Part shown: positions 38,768 to 50,214 of the stretch, one piece after another
Numbering within the stretch: the first letter of the stretch is position 1
Layout of the letters: the number at the start of each line of letters is the position of its first letter
NCBI RefSeq assembly: GCF_006345805.1
Contig: NC_042997.1
Coordinates: 19,158,001 to 19,222,000, forward strand
Reading direction: 5' to 3'
Length of the DNA stretch: 64,000 nucleotides
Source of the DNA: Octopus sinensis
Lineage: Eukaryota
Notes under the pieces: model-generated
What the model was told of the DNA's origin: nothing
The model's database searches: none
What the model saw: the letters and a program-made list of their open reading frames with translations, nothing else
Translations under genes and position numbers: made by a program

Positions 38768-38847
38768 TCAGTTGATGCAACTGATGAAAGCTAGTCGTTC
38801 TTGAAGGACAAGCTTGCAAATAGCAGCTTCTAAAGGTACTCAATGTA
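38768..38847 (-). CDS. Candidate internal exon (TLSTFRSCYLQACPSRTTSFHQLHQL)
   Basis: Acceptor tcttatactattcag, donor GA|GTTAGT, phase 2 to 1, open only in that phase. Confidence 0.2.
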
Positions 38848-39937
38848 CTGAATAGTATAAGATAATCTCTAGGACAAAGAAGAAACTGATATGGACAACA
38901 ACCTTATGGTTGTTGTTGTTGCTTAGTTCCAAGTTAACTATTATGGCAGCAGAACTCAGAAAAGTCCTTTCACTTTAGGGCATTCCCTTTTTTGTATGTA
39001 TATTAGGGTCTAATTCTCCTTCATATTATTCTTTAAGATGGTGGTGTGTCATTTGAGGGAGATTTGCTTGCTATTTCTAGAAGTTTGAGTAACCACTTAG
39101 AGACTCCCTTATTAGCTTTTATGATGATGACTTTCATCTTGAGTGTGAAAAGCAAAAATTCAAAATTTTGTAAACTTTTCACATTAACTGCCAGAACTGA
39201 TTTAAATAGTAATTACTTTCAAATACACATTCTCAAATAAGATAAATTTGTTTCTTAAGAGACAATTACCTAAAACTTAATGTTTAACAGTTTCTGTCAA
39301 CTTTGCAGAACTGAGTTTTGAAAATTCACTGCTCGATATTCAATGACTAAACCACTTCAAATCCTTGTAAAGTGGCAGATTTTGTTTAAGCCAGAAGATT
39401 ACTTTCAGATAATGAATAAATATTGGTTAGCCACAGCAATAGTCTGCACTGAATTAAACACTACTAACAAAACTGTTATATAACAGAACACATACTTGCA
39501 TTTCTTAGATTATTAACCCAGCTTCGGAGGTTAAGAACCAACCATTTCCTCAGTAATCATCTAACCCCCTCCTTAAAGTTATTTCTGCCTCCTAATTCTT
39601 AGTATTTTTGCTTCCCTTCTCTTTTTTTATTTTGGTTTAAATAATAATAATTATTATTTTCTTCCTTTCGCATACTGATTGCTTCACAATAAAGAAGTGT
39701 TGGCAACAAGGAATTGATGTTTGAAAGCAGTCAAGAATGAGGTAAACCATAGATGATTCAGGCTAGCAGAAAAACCAATTAAGGATGGAGAAAGACATCA
39801 CTGCTGGTCAATTCGTCTCATACGGCTCTAGAAAAAAAGTATATGTAAAATTGATAATGTTCTGTGTTGCTGACGTTGTTATTATCATTGACTGACACAG
39901 TAGCAATTTCAATTTTAGGCTCTGTTTTGTTTCTTAC

Positions 39938-40037
39938 ATAGGTAATAATTGGCATTTCACAGAGGGGTAATGAAAATGTTTCATTCTTTTTCCAAGTATA
40001 TTAGCAACATAGATTAATTGAAACAGTTCCATTCCAT
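39938..40037 (-). CDS. Candidate internal exon (GMELFQLIYVANILGKRMKHFHYPSVKCQLLP)
   Basis: Acceptor ggtttttattccaag, donor AT|GTAAGA, phase 1 to 2, open only in that phase. Confidence 0.28.
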
Positions 40038-40399
40038 CTTGGAATAAAAACCACATTACAAAATAGACTTGCCAAGAACTTAACATCACAATAGAGTATC
40101 TATTATTTATTGCTTCTTTCATTTTATATTATACAATTGTGGATGATAGCACCATTGGTATTAAGTTTCCAATGGACCTATCACTGGTTCACTGCATTTC
40201 TGGTTGCAAGAGTGACAAGGAATTATGCGTGCAACTCAGGTACTATAATTACTACGAGATATTTTTGTTCAATGCACCAGTTTATTGGGAATTGTCTTGC
40301 CAATGTGCATATTTTCTGACGGCATTGTTGCACATAAATCACATAAATGACTGTGTATATATATGTATATATATATATATGTGTATGTATATATATATA

Positions 40400-40444
<45 letters not shown>

Positions 40445-40725
40445 CAACAATTGAGGGCAAAATTAATTAATTATTAATCAATTTCACCAAGTGTTCAGTA
40501 TGCAAAGGGACCATTCAAGGCGAATTCAAATTATTACATTATATAAAAGGGCTTAGTAAAATAAATTACTTTGCCGCATACTGAACTCATTAGAAATAGC
40601 AGCTAAAAAACTTTTTTAAAGCTATTTCTAATACTTAACGAAAATCTCTCTCATATATAGTGCTTGCTTAATTCAACTCACAAAAGTTTGGGGGTAAGGA
40701 CATCGAAAAATCAAATGCTAAGGTT

Positions 40726-40786
40726 ATTTGAGAACGTACGTTTCAAGATTAGTCAAAAACAACACTTCTATCATCAGCTCAGAAAT
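40726..40786 (-). ncRNA. Minimal type I hammerhead ribozyme motif (left arm)
   Basis: Minus strand: AUUUC UGAG CUGAUGA [UAGAAGUGUUGUUUUUGACUAAUCUU] GAAAC GUAC GUU CUCA AAU. Confidence 0.7.
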
Positions 40787-41700
40787 TCCTTGGTTGGATT
40801 TGGAAACACTGAAAATAAGAACATACCCTTTCGAAGATCTGCTCGTAACTAACAGTGCCAACAATTTCAAAATAAGCAAGCGAAGAATCTCTGTTCTCCC
40901 CTTTCCACCAGCGTGGGTTAAAATCATCAAACACTATGCTTATTTCGGTAAAATCCGAAGCATTAATCAGAGGGAGATTAATTATAATTTCAACAATTGA
41001 GGGCAAAATTAATTAATTATTAATCAATTTCACCAAGTGTTCAGTATGCAAAGGGACCATTCAAGGCGAATTCAAATTATTACATTATATAAAAGGGCTT
41101 AGTAAAATAAATTACTTTGCCGCATACTGAACTCATTAGAAATAGCAGCTAAAAAACTTTTTTAAAGCTATTTCTAATACTTTTTGACTAATCTTGAAAC
41201 GTACGTTCTCAAATAACCTTAGCATTTGATTTTTCGATGTCCTTACCCCCAAACTTTTGTGAGTTGAATTAAGCAAACACTATATATGAGAGAGATTTTC
41301 TTTAAGTATTAGAAATAGCTTTAAAAAAGTTTTTTAGCTGCTATTTCTAATGAGTTCAGTATGCGGCAAAGTAATTTATTTTACTAAGCCCTTTTATATA
41401 ATGTAATAATTTGAATTCGCCTTGAATGGTCCCTTTGCATACTGAACACTTGGTGAAATTGATTAATAATTAATTAATTTTGCCCTCAATTGTTGAAATT
41501 ATAATTAATCTCCCTCTGATTAATGCTTCGGATTTTACCGAAATAAGCATAGTGTTTGATGATTTTAACCCACGCTGGTGGAAAGGGGAGAACAGAGATT
41601 CTTCGCTTGCTTATTTTGAATTTGTTGGCACTGTTAGTTACGAGCAGATCTTCGAAAGGGTATGTTCTTATTTTCAGTGTTTCCAAATCCAAACCAAGGA

Positions 41701-41760
41701 ATTTCTGAGCTGATGATAGAATGTTGTTTTTGACTAATCTTGAAACGTACGTTCTCAAAT
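41701..41760 (+). ncRNA. Minimal type I hammerhead ribozyme motif (right arm)
   Basis: UGAG/CUCA stem I, CUGAUGA, stem II region, GAAAC-GUAC-GUU; a half copy (GAAACGUACGUUCUC) lies 546 nt upstream at 41196-41210. Confidence 0.7.
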
Positions 41761-41938
41761 AACCTTAGCATTTGATTTTTCGATGTCCTTACCCCCAAAC
41801 TTTTGTGAGTTGAATTAAGCAAGCACTATATATGGAGAGATTTTCGTTAAGTATTAGAAATAGCTTTAAAAAAGTTTTTTAGCTGCTATTCTAATGAGTT
41901 CAGTATGCGGCAAAGTAATTTATTTTACTAAGCCCTTT

Positions 41939-41984
<46 letters not shown>

Positions 41985-42006
41985 ATGTATATATATATTA
42001 TATATA

Positions 42007-42052
<46 letters not shown>

Positions 42053-42097
42053 AAATATGTAGACATGTATACATACATAAATACATACATATATATA

Positions 42098-43162
42098 TCA
42101 TCATCATCATCATCATCATTTAATGTCTGCTTTCCATGCTAGCATCGGCTGGACAATTTGACTGGTGAACCAGATGGCTGCACCAGGCTCCAATCTGATC
42201 TGGCAGAGTTTCTACAGCTGGATGTCCTTCCTAATGCCAACCACTCCAAGAGTGTAGTGGGTGCTTTTATGTGCCACCAGCACAAATGCCAGTAAGGCAA
42301 TGCAGGTAACGATCATGGTCAAATGGTACTTTTTACGTGCCACTGGCATGGAAGCCAGATAGCTGCTCTGGCAGTGATCCCGCTCGGATGGAGCTGTTAG
42401 CGCTCCACCGGCACAGGTGCCAGTCATCGTATTTGGTTCAATTTCGATTTCACTTGTCCCAACAGATCTTCGCAAGCAGAGTTTAGTGTCCAATGAAGGA
42501 AGGTTGGCATGGGTGCCAGTCGAATTTAGTTCGATTTCGATTTCACTTGCCCCAACAGGTCTTCGCAAGCAGAGTTTTGTGTCCAAGGGAAAGGTATGCA
42601 TAAGTGGGCTGGCTACAGCCCTGGTAAAGGCCATGGGTTATGGTCTCATTGTCTTGCTGGGTCTTCTCAGGCACAGCATATTTCCAAAGGTCTAGTAAAG
42701 GCCATGGTAAAGGCCATGGTAAAGGCCTGGTAAAGGTCTCATTGTCTTGCTGGGTCTTCTCAGGCACAGCATATTTCCAAAGGTCTCAGTCACTAGTCAT
42801 TGCCTCGGTGAGGCCTAATGTGTGAAGGCTGTGCTTCACCACCTCATCCCAGGTTTTCCTGGGTCTACCTTTTCCACAGGTTCCCTCAACCACTAGAGTG
42901 TGGCACTTTTTCACACAGCTATCCTCATCCATTCTCACCACATGACCATACCAGTGCAATCGTCTCTCTTGCACACCACAACTGATGCTTCTTAGGTCCA
43001 ACTTTTCTCTCAAGGTACTTACACTCTGTCGAGTATGTACACTGACATTACACATCCATCGGAGCATACTGGCTTCATTCCTTGCGAACTTATGCATATC
43101 CTCAGCAGTCATAGCTCATGTTTCACTGCCATGTAGCATGGCTGTTTGTAGACATGCGTCAT
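42098..43162 (-). mobile_element. RTE LINE 3' part (ORF2 C-terminus + 3' UTR) with internal duplications
   Basis: AEDMHKFARNEASMLRWMCNV...RRLHWYGHVVRM...GRPRKTWDEVV; ~90-bp duplication 42440-42600; 51-bp duplication 42643/42736 with a 12-bp ggtaaaggccat concatemer. Confidence 0.92.
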
Positions 43163-43267
43163 AACAGCCATGCTACATGGCAGTGAAACATGGGCTGTGA
43201 CTGCTGAGGATATGTGTAAGCTTGCAAGGAATGAAGCCAGCATGCTCCGATGGATGTGTAATGTCAG
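43042..43267. repeat. Fold-back inverted repeat at the RTE 5' junction (105-bp arms, 16-nt spacer)
   Basis: 43042-43146 vs 43163-43267 are reverse complements with 7 transition mismatches. Confidence 0.92.
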
Positions 43268-43445
43268 GTTGCTTGAGTGCTACTGGTAACATGTAATCCA
43301 GTACAACTTGTTGCATGGTTGGGTCGTCAGCAACTAAACTGGCAACCCCACCAGGCTTGCTTGGTGAGGAGGGTATTGTTGGACACTCTGTGGGATGAAG
43401 AATAAGACCTGTCAAAGGGTGGAGGAACTCATGAGCAGTCAACAG
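43261..43445 (+). repeat. Copy of the ~190-nt structured repeat
   Basis: gagtgctactggtaacatgtaatccagtacaacttgttgcatgg...ctggcaaccccaccaggcttgcttggtgag...gacctgtcaaagggtggaggaactc aligns to the reverse complement of 35345-35547. Confidence 0.75.
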
Positions 43446-43799
43446 CTATTCAACAAAATGTCTGTAAATATGTATATATCTTTTTATTCTTATATGTATA
43501 TATATGTATATTTTTGCTTTTATGTATATATTATTTATATTTAAATCTTACTTTTTTTTCAATTGCATATATTTTACTTTGTTTATATATATATTATTTA
43601 TATTCAATTCTTATTCACACATCATACCTTTTTTTATATGTATGTATATGTATATTTTTATTTTTGATACATATTTAATTATATTTATTGCATATCTTTT
43701 AAAATTTCATATCTATATATATCATTTATATTTAATTCTTATTTAGATTTGAAAATCACATATAGTACCTTTTTATTATTTTTTTGGGGGGATGAATGA

Positions 43800-43975
43800 A
43801 CTACTCTGCATCAGTCACCGGAGTGATATTTGATCACTTTATAGAGTGTTTGAGCATTGGTTTGGTGTCTGGAATGGGATAGCTTACTTCATGGGCAGGT
43901 TGAAGCTCTTTAACCTAGGTTGGTAATTAACCTAGGAGAAGGAAATCCCTGAAATAAGACCTGAGGCCTTGGAAG
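43800..43975 (+). mobile_element. RTE-type 5' leader / SINE-head remnant
   Basis: aacctaggttggtaattaacctaggagaaggaaatccctgaa resembles the ctaggagaagg motif also seen on the minus strand at 35190-35225. Confidence 0.35.
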
Positions 43976-44238
43976 TAAACCAATGTAAAGCACCAAGAAA
44001 ACAGAGAAATGATAGAAGGCAAGGAAGCAAAACGAATTAATATATTCAAAAGCTCACATATAAAATATTATGATATTTGGGATATCTACATACCCAAATT
44101 TCAGCTTTCGGAAATTTAATCCTTGAGCACCTTCAGTGTAGAACACCTGGTAAAAATTCAGTCTGTCATGTTATATGTCCGTTAGTGTACTGGTCTTGTT
44201 TTGTGCCAAAAACACAGCACAGGGTGCAGACATATTTC

Positions 44239-45173
44239 TGAACAAAACATTCAAACACTAAGATCTTAAAGAATATGTTACTATTGTTAATATCATCTCT
44301 TTTACTTGTTTCAGTTATTTGACTGCGGCCATGCTAGAGCACCGCCTTTAGTCGAACAAAACGACTCCAGGACTTATTCTTTGTAAGCCTAGTACTTATT
44401 CTATTGGTCTCTTTTGCCAAACCACCAAGTTACGGGGACGTAAATACACCAGCATCGGTTGTCAAGTGATGTTGGGGGGACAAACACAGACACACAAACA
44501 CACACACATATATATACATATATACGACAGGTTTCTTTCAGTTTCCATCTACCAAATTCACTCACAAGGCTTTGGTCAGCCCAAAGCTATAGTAGAAGAC
44601 ACTTGCCCAAGGTGCCACACAGTTGGACTGAACCCGGAACCATGAGGTTGATAAGCAAGCTACTTACCACACAACCACTCCTGCACCTATCTGTTTTATC
44701 TCTTTTTTTCTCTTTCTTTTTTTTACTTGTTTCAGTCATTTGACTGCGGCCATGCTGGAGCACCGCCTTTAATCGAGCAACTCGACCCAGGGACTTATTC
44801 TTTTGTAAGCCCAGTACTTATTCTATTGGTGTCTAAGGTTTTCAATAGGATGTTACTATTGTTAATATCATCTGTGGATAAAATTTTAAATTGAGGGTAT
44901 CAACAGTAGTAACATAGGTGGTTCACAGGCAAATAGCACTATAAAATTAGTACGAAGCATAAGGATGTAGAAAAGCATCAACCTGCTAGAAATGATGCTT
45001 TTCTGCATCCTTATGCTTTGTGATAATTTTGTATATTATAGCTAAAGAATGCTATTTGCTTGCAAACTACCTCTGTTATTACTGTTGATACCTTCAATTT
45101 CAAATTTTATCCACAGATGATATTAACAATAGTAACATCTTATTTAAAACCTTAGAGTTTGAATGTTTTGTTC
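44239..45173. repeat. Long hairpin (foldback/MITE-like) element interrupted by SINEs
   Basis: 44832-44980 vs 44993-45156 are inverted arms with a 12-nt loop; 44239-44298 pairs with 45115-45173; atgttactattgttaatatcatct is duplicated at 44275 and 44850 around the SINE insert. Confidence 0.8.
44299..44830 (-). mobile_element. SINE family B (one full copy + one partial copy)
   Basis: 44299-44690 full; 44715-44830 tail only. Confidence 0.88.
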
Positions 45174-45556
45174 ATATATATATATATATATATAAATATA
45201 TATATATAAATCTTTAGTTAAATATATTCAATGAGAATTTCATGTACTGAATCTATATTGAGTGCTCTATTGTATCAAAGTATTAATACTATAAAAGTAT
45301 TTATGTATTTAATACGAGTGATTATATATATTTTCTTATAATATATTATTATTAATATCAGGAAATCAATATTAGAAAATTCTTCAGAAAGATATATGTG
45401 TATGTAAAATAATTGTTGTATTAAAAATATAAATATATTAAAATATATGTAAATATGTATAAGTATAAATATATAATATATATGACAGTTTAAAAGTTTT
45501 GAATTAAGTTTTAAAGCATATTACAATCGTTTCACATAAGTGCTGCACCTATAACT

Positions 45557-45975
45557 GAATCCTATATTGATAAGCTTTTATAGACAACTCTTCTGCTCTT
45601 CAGAGATATAAAATTTGAATTTTGTATAATTTATCGAATGGTGAATTTAAAAAAAAAATATGAACTAATATGATAAAATGGTGTTTGTTTGAAATATAAA
45701 TTAAAAATTACAGCTTTTGATTTTGGTAAGTACACTTTAGTATGAGAGTCTTTAAATCCATACATGCTTCCTTGTTAAGTCTTCTGTAATAATCCATAAT
45801 AGTTATGTGTAAAATCCATTATATTGTCCTGTATTCCAAATATAGTTCATAGATTTAGATAATATAGAATAATGGAATCCTATATTGATAAGCATTTATA
45901 GATAACTCTTCTGCTCTTCAGAAATATCAAATGTGAAATTTGTATAATTTAACGAATGGCAGTTTTTTTAAAAAG
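45557..45975 (+). repeat. ~90-bp direct repeat, 318 bp apart
   Basis: gaatcctatattgataagc.tttataga.aactcttctgctcttcaga.atat.aaat.tgaa.tttgtataattta.cgaatgg at 45557 and 45875. Confidence 0.8.
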
Positions 45976-46041
45976 AAACACCATTTTCCCATATTACTTC
46001 ATAATTTTCTTAAAAACTACCATTCATAAAATTATACAAAT

Positions 46042-46086
<45 letters not shown>

Positions 46087-46131
46087 TCGAAAATACCTTA
46101 GGAATGAGAAACCAGGTTCGAAATTTCCCCA

Positions 46132-46179
46132 TGACACCTGATGAAGGCTGGAAGGTATATCAGCTGAAATGTTGTGTTG
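46132..46179 (+). ncRNA. Minimal type I hammerhead-like motif with CpG decay, next to (AAT)n
   Basis: ACAC CUGAUGA A GGCUG-GAAGGUAUAU-CAGCU GAAAU GUU GUGU; restoring two CpG transitions gives CAGCC GAAAC GUU. Confidence 0.65.
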
Positions 46180-47084
46180 ACAACAAACAAAATGGGAACA
46201 AATATCCGTCAAATGTAAATAATGTAAATAATGTAAAAAAAGTTATAAAATGTTTTATCAGGATGTTACTAACCTCTTTTGGGAAGTTTTTTACTAGCAT
46301 GTGAGAGGTTTTGATATATATACATACATACAAGTTGCCAGCATGGAACTTGGATGTTAAATGACGGTGATGATGATGGTAATACACACAGACACACATT
46401 AGACTTCTGAATAGTATTTCTTCACTATTTCTAAAAAAAAAAGCATTAGTAAATCTATCTGATACTGTGTAGAAGACACTTGCTTAAGATGTCCCTTAGT
46501 GGGACAGAACCCAAAGCAAAGTGGCCATAAAGTAAAAAATTCTTTACTGCACAACCATACATTTATCATTTCCAAGTATTTTTGTCTTTTGTGTATTTGA
46601 TCTGTTTATATCATTGACCATCATGATTGGTTGTTACTCATTTTTTTCAGCATTACTGATAAAAAGAGAAATGCTAGTTGTTGTGGGTGATATTTAGATA
46701 GTTCAGTATCCCTTTATTTTCTGAATTAAAATTCTACTACAATAGAATTCACTTTCAATAATTCTAGGTTTCATTCTTTCAGGATTCATAAAATATGATT
46801 GAGAAGAGTTGTTTGCTTCACTCTAAACTTTCTAAGCTTCCTTAATTCTTAAGGTAGTGAATTGGCTTAGTAACTACAATTTTGGATAAAATGCCTCATG
46901 TTATTTGTTCCAACTCTCTGCATTCTGAGTTCAAATACTGCCAAGGCTGGCTTTCCATTTCATCTCTTTAGAATCAATAAAAATATTGTAACAATCTAGG
47001 GTGATGGGTTGTTGGAACTGTTGGAGTATTAGATAGAATGTCTTGGGATAAATGTTCCAGATTTTGCCATTCAGCAATAATAAT

Positions 47085-47475
47085 AATAATAATGAAATTA
47101 TTGTATACAGTGCTCAGGTGCACCACAACTTGTCAGAAAGTGTGTATAAAGTACATGCAGTAATGTACAAATGTCTGGAAAGCGAACAATGTATGAGTCA
47201 GATACATGCTTGTGTGTGTATGGAGGGGAGAAAATCAGGTGTAGTGTTGGCGAATCTCAGGAAGCATGGAAGTTTTGAAGGATGCAGTACTCCAACAACT
47301 AACAACTGATGCCGGCAGTTTGTTCCATGCTTCAGCAACTCTCAGCATGAAAAAATGTTTCCTAAAGTCATGGGAGCTGTGCTGTTTTCTGACTTTGTAA
47401 ATATGTCCACGGGTGTTAGACGGGTGGAGTTTGGTGTCCACGGGTGTTAGATGGGTGGAGTTTGGATATACCTGC
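47085..47475 (-). mobile_element. CR1-type LINE 3' end
   Basis: NTRGHIYKVRKQHSSHDFRKHFFMLRVAEAWNKLPASVV..STASFK matches the CR1/L2 ORF2 C-terminal pattern; (ATT)n tail; 31-bp tandem duplication at 47405-47466. Confidence 0.85.
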
Positions 47476-48189
47476 AATAATTATGATGCAAAGCTGCATT
47501 AGCTCTAAGATCATGGCCTTCCTCTTGGACTGCATCCTAGTTTAGCTCTGCTCATATAAGTGCAGTTACATTATTGATGGAAGCCCCTGATCTAATGGCC
47601 TTATATGAACAATCTTATAAAACCAAATAATCCTAAATTCATTTGTTGTTTCTACTGGTAGTAGTCTGATTTTAATGTAAACATGGTATTTTCAGATTTA
47701 GAAGAAAAAGTTTCAAAAGAGTTTACTCAAAACTTGAGAACTACACATTCATTGCTGGGTAATCATTATTAGTTCAGTGATGATGCTTCAGTTGATGGCA
47801 ATGGCACCAACAATGATGATGATGGTGACACAATGACGATGTTGACAACGATGTAAATTTTTATTGTAATAGATAACATGAATTCTCTAACTTATACCTG
47901 TCATCATTTCTTGTAACATTCCTAGTAACATATTTGAAGAAAATTTTCACAACAGGAGAAATGTCAGTGAAATGTTTCTTTCCCCTCCACATGCATAATG
48001 AAACAACATTACGAAAAAATTACCATCATAGCTACTGGTGATTAGGTACTTATGAAATATGCATATATATATATAGTTCCATATTTGTATTTAAGATATA
48101 TTTAATAATAAACACATTGAATGTTTGTGTGCATTTATTCACTTCCATGCATATTTACATTATGTGTGTGTGTGCATATATATATATAT

Positions 48190-48345
<156 letters not shown>

Positions 48346-48786
48346 ATATTCTTGTATGTGTGTATACTTGCATATATATACCATATCTATATACAATGAA
48401 ACATGCATGTTTTTTTATGAAAGAAGTGAGATTTATGAAGGTGTGACTTGAGGAAAGAAATCAATTTACATTTAGAGGGAAATGTGTTTAATGAAAATAT
48501 TTACCAATTTTGTTGTCAGGCACAAAGGTGATGAGAAATATTCTAGTTTGCAGTCAAATATTAAATCATTTTTCAAAATGATAGCTGCCAGTTAAGAGGG
48601 TGAATTTGTTTTCTTTTTTATGTATTTATTAATTTCTTGTTTATTTCTGTTTCTAATTTGAATGCTGCACCTTGTGACTAAGAAAAAATTAATTCATATC
48701 CAAGGTTAAATATTTGCATCAGTAATTTTAAAGGAGACTTACATATTGTGCACTATAAGAATACGTGAATTTGCTTATGTGTGCTG

Positions 48787-48823
<37 letters not shown>

Positions 48824-49089
48824 CATATACACACACATATATATGTGTATATGTGTACATGAACGCCCCCCCCACCACATATATTTATATAGATAAGTAC
48901 ACATATACACATATATATTTGTATATTTCTATGTACATATGATATATATATATATATATCATCGTTTAACTCTCAGGAAGAAAGAAAGAGAACGAGAATG
49001 TTTGGTGACGTTACTCACAAATAAAGAAATCAGGCATTCACACATACAGACATACACATACACACACTCATCTTTTCTCTTATCTCAGA

Positions 49090-49650
49090 CACATCATCAT
49101 TATCATCATCATCGTTTAACGTCTGTTTTCGTTGCTGGCATGAGTTGGACAGTTCAACTGGGAAGCCAGGAGGCTGCACCAGGCTCCAATCTGATCTGGT
49201 AGTGTTTCTACAGATGGACGCCCTTCCTAAAGCTGACCACTCCAAAAAACGTAGTGAGTGCTTTTTATGTGTCACTGGCACAGGGGCCAAAGGGTGCTGA
49301 GTGGCATCAACCACGTTTGACATCCATCACTGTGCTGATAGGAATTTCTTTTTTGATTCTTTGATATATTCAACAATACAAACAAGGCATTATGTGCCTA
49401 TATTCCTGTGATAGTTGCAACCTATAATAAAGTGGAGGGAGCTGAGATCCAATTCTTGACGGACACCTGCCTGAATGCTTTATTCATAGGTGTCTCAAAA
49501 CTCATTCATTTACATCAAGTATTTTTAGCTCCATCAGGCTATAGAACCTAGTATTCTATCAAAGCCCTCTCAAGGTCAACAAATGCTAGATATAGTGCGT
49601 TGCTGCTGGCTAAGAAAGTTCTATATTTTTTACTATTTTTTCTCATACAT
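49090..49650 (-). mobile_element. Decayed, internally deleted RTE LINE
   Basis: RTE tail at 49100-49320; LYLAFVDLERA-like and GVRQ..LSSLHFII-like RT remnants at 49420-49620. Confidence 0.7.
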
Positions 49651-50214
49651 TTTTATCTGTATTATATTATTTGTGTTACTTACTGTATTTAGTTTACTAG
49701 CACTGTCAGGTAAAACTTCAGTAAATGTACCATCCTCCCAGATAATGATAATATAGCTAATTGTATAATAAGTTATTCTACAGATTTATATATATATCTT
49801 TTATCTGATTAATGATCAATGCTAAGCCTATTTTTACTGAAAACCAGAATATCTGACAACAAAACATATGCACAATCAAAAAAATAGAACAAATTTACTA
49901 TCCATAGTTGCCTGCATTTGTTAGAAAATGGATTTAGATAGAGAAGCTCTGTTTACTGGAAATAACAAATATCCCTCAAATTACACCAGTCTTAAAAACA
50001 AAAGGATACATTGGACGATAAAGTCATTGATATATAAATGGATGGTTTGATCACAGCTGGTCTATTTTATATTGTGGATCAGCTCAGTGATGGCTGAGTT
50101 AGGTGCAAAAGAAGAACAGATATACATATAGGAGTACAAAGAGAGTCACACACTAATGAATAAATATACAAAAACATATATGTGTGTGTAAAGAGTGAGT
50201 GAATGAATGATAAA

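Larger units (their letters stand above)
40441..41946. mobile_element. 546-bp hammerhead-containing tandem unit arranged as a large inverted repeat (retrozyme / PLE pLTR-like)
   Basis: Forward arm 40441-41182 is 1.36 units (unit restarts at 40987); reverse arm 41181-41946 is 1.4 units; 40538-41182 vs 41304-41946 are reverse complements with only a few mostly 1-nt indel differences; (TA)n on both sides. Confidence 0.85.

Noticed and set aside
38776-38820. UGCAA-CUGAUGA-AAG...CUU-GAAGG...UUGCA hammerhead-like pattern
   Set aside because: No GAAAC or NUH site; CTGATGA is explained by a local tcagttg/caactga palindrome.
40779-41006. 75-90 aa ORFs in the 546-bp unit, and rolling-circle translation (546 is divisible by 3)
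   Set aside because: Near-cognate starts, no known motif, and the reading frames hit stop codons within the unit (including TGATGA in the ribozyme core).
43042-43267. A-to-G differences between fold-back arms as a fossil ADAR editing signature
   Set aside because: Differences go in both directions and mostly fall at CpG sites, consistent with DNA deamination.
48024-48048. Minus-strand micro-exon YLITSSYDG (WD40-like) with a GTAATT donor
   Set aside because: Only 25 nt, phase 0 start does not fit the neighbouring candidates, and no other WD40 segments were found.
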